In this document: piece after piece, positions 6,303 through 9,361 of the stretch | Layout of the letters: each line of letters opens with the position of its first letter | Position numbering within the stretch: the stretch's first letter is position 1 | Translations under genes and position numbers: made by a program | Source of the DNA: Chlorokybus atmophyticus | Taxonomy: Eukaryota; Plantae; Mesostigma and Chlorokybus algae | NCBI GenBank assembly: GCA_009103225.1 | Contig: RHPI01002738.1 | Coordinates: 7,195 to 16,555 of the forward strand | Length of the DNA stretch: 9,361 bases | Reading direction: 5' to 3' | Notes under the pieces: model-generated | What the model saw: only the letters and a program-made list of their open reading frames with translations | Told to the model about the DNA's origin: nothing | Databases searched by the model: none

Positions 6303-7766
6303 ATGTCTGACCAAGGAGAGGGAGGTGAGAAGTACTTTACCGTCCCTGACTCATCGTCATCATACGAACCATCAAGTGATGATAAAGTGAGAGACTCGGA
6401 CACGAGTGAGAGCTACAAGCTCACTGAGAGTGACAAGGAGGAAACTGCGCAGGATAGCGAAGCTTCTCCCGATCAATCTACTCAGAGTGGGCCTGCTACA
6501 ATGGACACACAGTCTGTCATTGGTGGGGCTATTGAGAAGTATGCGCGAGATCGCAAAGTCTTGATCGATGCTCACCCACAGCTTCGTCAGGAAGTGTGGG
6601 ATGCATGGGCACAAAAGGTTCGTGATAGCTATGCAACAGATTTTGCCACTCTCCCTCGCGCGAGCAAGGAGATGGTGATCCGCATGATTGAGCACGAGTT
6701 GACGAACAATGTTCCGCCACTCGTGCGCGGTGATCCGAAGGTGGCTGCTCTGATGGCTGTTTACGATAAGCCTCTCCCTTACCAAGGCAAGCGAATGGCG
6801 TTTGAGGCTTTGGCCAACTTGGGAGTGGAAACCTCACAGCGTTGCAAGGACGTGTTCTGGTACTTAGGACCTAACTTGGAAGACAAGTTGACTGGCCGAG
6901 TGCAGTTGACGGCACGCCTCGATGCTATGCAGTCTGAGTTGGTGGCGCTGCGCCAACAGGTGGCGGGTGCTACTTCAGCAGCTGGAGCATCAGCGGGGCT
7001 GCCGGTTACAGCACTGAACAAGCCTGAGAAGTTCAAGCCCAACGGCAGTGTCAGCATCCATGATTGGGTGGTCACTGTTGAGCACTACTTGACAGCACTG
7101 AAGCGACCAGTTGGCGAGCACATTGCTGTTGCTGAGTTGCTCATGCCATCTGACGCTCTCGCCGAGTGGGCGAGGCAGACAGAGGATGGTGCGGCCAAGA
7201 CAGTGGAGGCACTATTCAAGTTCCTTGTGGAGCGCTATGGTGGCATGGATCCAGCTACTCAGGCTCGCAACAAGCTCAACAAGCTGCGACAGAATGGCAG
7301 AACGGCTTCAGTCTATCTGCAGGAGTTCCAAGCGTTGGTGGGCCGCGTGAACAGTGGCCTCATGCCCATGGACAAGGCTGAGCAGTTTGAGTTGTACAAG
7401 CGCGGCTTGGATGCGCGTGTGCGCGATCAGCTGCAGTACAACACGGCAACGGGACTTCCTTGGGTTCCTGAGGACTTGGCCCAGCTGCAGAAGCTGAGCG
7501 TGTATCTGTACAATGATGACACGGCGGTGCAGGAAAAGGCACATGTGGCAGTTGCGGCCAAGCCGCACGGGGTGGGAGGAAAGCGTTACCCTCAGCCGAG
7601 TGCGCACACGGCAAAGAAGGCGAAGACATTCACGCCTCCGACCGGTGGCACATCTGCTGGTGGTGCTACACCCGCTGCGGCTCGCACCTGTTACGTCTGT
7701 CACCAGCCGGGCCACATTGCGAAGAATTGCCCCGCCAAGAAGGGCAAGGCCAAGAAGGTTGAATAG
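6303..7766 (+). CDS. gag: Gag protein (487 aa from ATG 6303): long N-terminal extension, Ty3-type capsid domain, CCHC zinc knuckle
   Basis: KPEKF...DW...EHYL and ARNKLNKLRQNGRTASVYLQEF (MHR-like). CYVCHQPGHIAKNC at 7689-7730. The track start at 6273 is a non-ATG codon upstream of a probable splice acceptor. Confidence 0.92.
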   Translation: MSDQGEGGEKYFTVPDSSSSYEPSSDDKVRDSDTSESYKLTESDKEETAQDSEASPDQSTQSGPATMDTQSVIGGAIEKYARDRKVLIDAHPQLRQEVWDAWAQKVRDSYATDFATLPRASKEMVIRMIEHELTNNVPPLVRGDPKVAALMAVYDKPLPYQGKRMAFEALANLGVETSQRCKDVFWYLGPNLEDKLTGRVQLTARLDAMQSELVALRQQVAGATSAAGASAGLPVTALNKPEKFKPNGSVSIHDWVVTVEHYLTALKRPVGEHIAVAELLMPSDALAEWARQTEDGAAKTVEALFKFLVERYGGMDPATQARNKLNKLRQNGRTASVYLQEFQALVGRVNSGLMPMDKAEQFELYKRGLDARVRDQLQYNTATGLPWVPEDLAQLQKLSVYLYNDDTAVQEKAHVAVAAKPHGVGGKRYPQPSAHTAKKAKTFTPPTGGTSAGGATPAAARTCYVCHQPGHIAKNCPAKKGKAKKVE

Positions 7767-9361
7767 GATTACGCCGTGATTAATGTAGATGCGGTTGATA
7801 GCCAGTTGCTTGACATGCAAGCAGCAAGCTGGTTTGATGATCTGTCTCAGGTGCATGTAATGACACATGCATGGCAAGCACATGACAAGTTGCCACTCTT
7901 TGATGTTGAAAAAGTGGAAGAGAATGCTTGTGTGCTGGTACATGTGGAGTTCAACATGCTTACCGATGTGTTGCATGCATTGACTGAGTTGCAGAATAAG
8001 CACAGAACCTTGAGTATGGTGGTGATGGTGCCAAAGTATCATGACCCATGGTTAAAACATACTCGGGGAGGGTCTGTGTTGAAGCAATTCAGCAAGCGTG
8101 AAACAGGGACAGTACGATTGTCAGCCATATTGATCAACCCTCGCATTAGTCACGGACTCTTGGCTACGTTTCAAGGACGGGTGGTACCTCTGTTGTGGAC
8201 ATTTAGTGGCACAATGCAGGGTGTAAACAGTTCGTTCTTGATTGACACTGGTGCAACACACAACTTCGTTGAGGAACAATGGGTTGTGCACAACAAGATA
8301 GCGTGTAAACCCTCAGCATTTTCAGCTGCCGGTGCGGGGGGTGCGTTGCCAGTGAAAGGGGAAATAAAAATGAAAGTGAAGATTGGTAACTATCATGCCA
8401 CTCTTACTTTCATAGTGGTATCCATCGACATATCAGGTGTTGATGTGGTATTAGGACAGAAATGGCAGGAAAATGTCAATATGACATTGGATACTGGCGC
8501 ACGTTTGTGCACGGTAAAGAAAGGTCGTAAGCGTGTAACATTGTCTGTGAAAGGGTCACATAGCTTGGACCACAAGCAGCCCGACCCTGCGCTACTCACT
8601 GCACTGCAAGTGAAACGTGCGTTACGCAAAAACACACCGGCTTTTCTGGTACACTTAACGTCGTCGGACGATTTTGTGCCGGGAAACACAGAAGGTGTTG
8701 CAAACATCATTGAGAAGTATCAAGATGTGTTCTCAGATGAATTGCCAGGCTTACCTCCGAACCGAGGTGTCGGACACACAATACCACTCATTCCTGACAG
8801 TGAGCCTCCGTTTCGGCGTATATATAGGCTGAGCCCCCGAGAGAGGGGGGAAATGGAAACTTAAATCAAAGAGTTATTGGAAAAGGGATTGATTGAACCG
8901 AGTTCTTCACCCTTTGGCGCGCCCATCTTGTTTGTGATGAAAAAGAATGGAAAGCTGCGCATGTGTGTGGATGACCGTGCTTTGAACAAGATCACGGTAA
9001 AGAATCGATACCCGTTGCCCCGGATTGATGATGTGTTTGATAAACTGTCGGGAAATGCGTATTTTAGTACGTTGGACTTGACAAGTGGGAATCATTAAAT
9101 CCGGATTCATCCTTCTGATGTTTACAAGACAGCATTCAGAACACCTTCGGGCCATTATCAATACAAAGTGTTACCTTTTGGATTGACTAATGCGCCGGCA
9201 GTGTTTCAGAAGGAAATGAATAAGATTTTTGGTGGCATACTTGGCAAGTATGTTATGGTTTACTTGGATGACATCATTGTCTTTAGTAAAACCAAGGAAG
9301 AGCATAAGCAGCACTTGGAAGCGGTGTTCGCCTTGCTGCGTACACATCGCTTGTTTGCCAA
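7767..9361 (+). pseudogene. pol: pol: unknown ~125-aa domain, aspartic protease and reverse transcriptase. In frame with gag, two premature TAA stops (8862-8864, 9096-9098), 3' end beyond the window.
   Basis: FLIDTGATHNFV (Asp 8244-8246). RT motifs [49 protein letters not shown] and VYLDDI (9261-9272) are all in the same frame as gag. Confidence 0.95.

Larger units (their letters stand above)
5160..9361 (+). mobile_element. Ty3/Gypsy LTR retrotransposon with chromovirus-like RT, 5' part only, decayed
   Basis: LTR, PBS, gag (capsid and CCHC knuckle), protease (DTGA) and RT (YLDD) occur in Gypsy order. The element runs off the window end. Confidence 0.96.

Noticed and set aside
8845-8864. GGGAAAT slippery heptamer before the first pol TAA
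   Set aside because: It is out of phase with the pol frame, and RT continues in the same frame after the stop, so no frameshift is needed.
334-9161. Numerous minus-strand and short overlapping ORFs (e.g. 7308..8042, 6372..6785, 1752..2105, 5720..5941)
   Set aside because: No recognisable motifs; they are shadows of GC-rich + strand coding sequence or lie in the leader.
4248-9361. Methyltransferase as cargo of this Gypsy element (a DNMT-carrying retrotransposon)
   Set aside because: The MTase lies outside the 5' LTR/PBS, contains introns and is truncated at the LTR edge. It is the insertion target, not cargo of this copy.

Overview
Eukaryotic DNA, probably from a green alga or other green-lineage organism. 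This is inferred from short GT-AG introns, TTTAGGG telo-boxes, a TGTAA signal, a tRNA-iMet PBS and a plant-type Tudor domain. The left 5.16 kb holds two tandem + strand spliced genes that the ORF track splits into pieces. Gene 1 (about 102/135..3226, 3 in-frame introns, about 940 aa) has an OTU-like cysteine protease domain and a C-terminal 8-Cys RING-like finger. Gene 2 (3710..5159, 2 introns) encodes a Cys/His-rich Zn-binding region, a Tudor domain and a compact bacterial/phage-type C5 cytosine methyltransferase. Gene 2 is cut off at 5160 by a Ty3/Gypsy LTR retrotransposon, which fills the rest of the window: 337-bp 5' LTR (5160..5496), PBS (5498..5509), about 800-nt leader, gag (6303..7766) and pol (7767..>9361). 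Pol is in frame with gag behind a single TAG and begins with an unexplained ~125-aa domain that may be a dead adenine-methyltransferase fold. Protease and RT follow, with two premature TAA stops. All calls come from reading motifs by eye; no searches were run.
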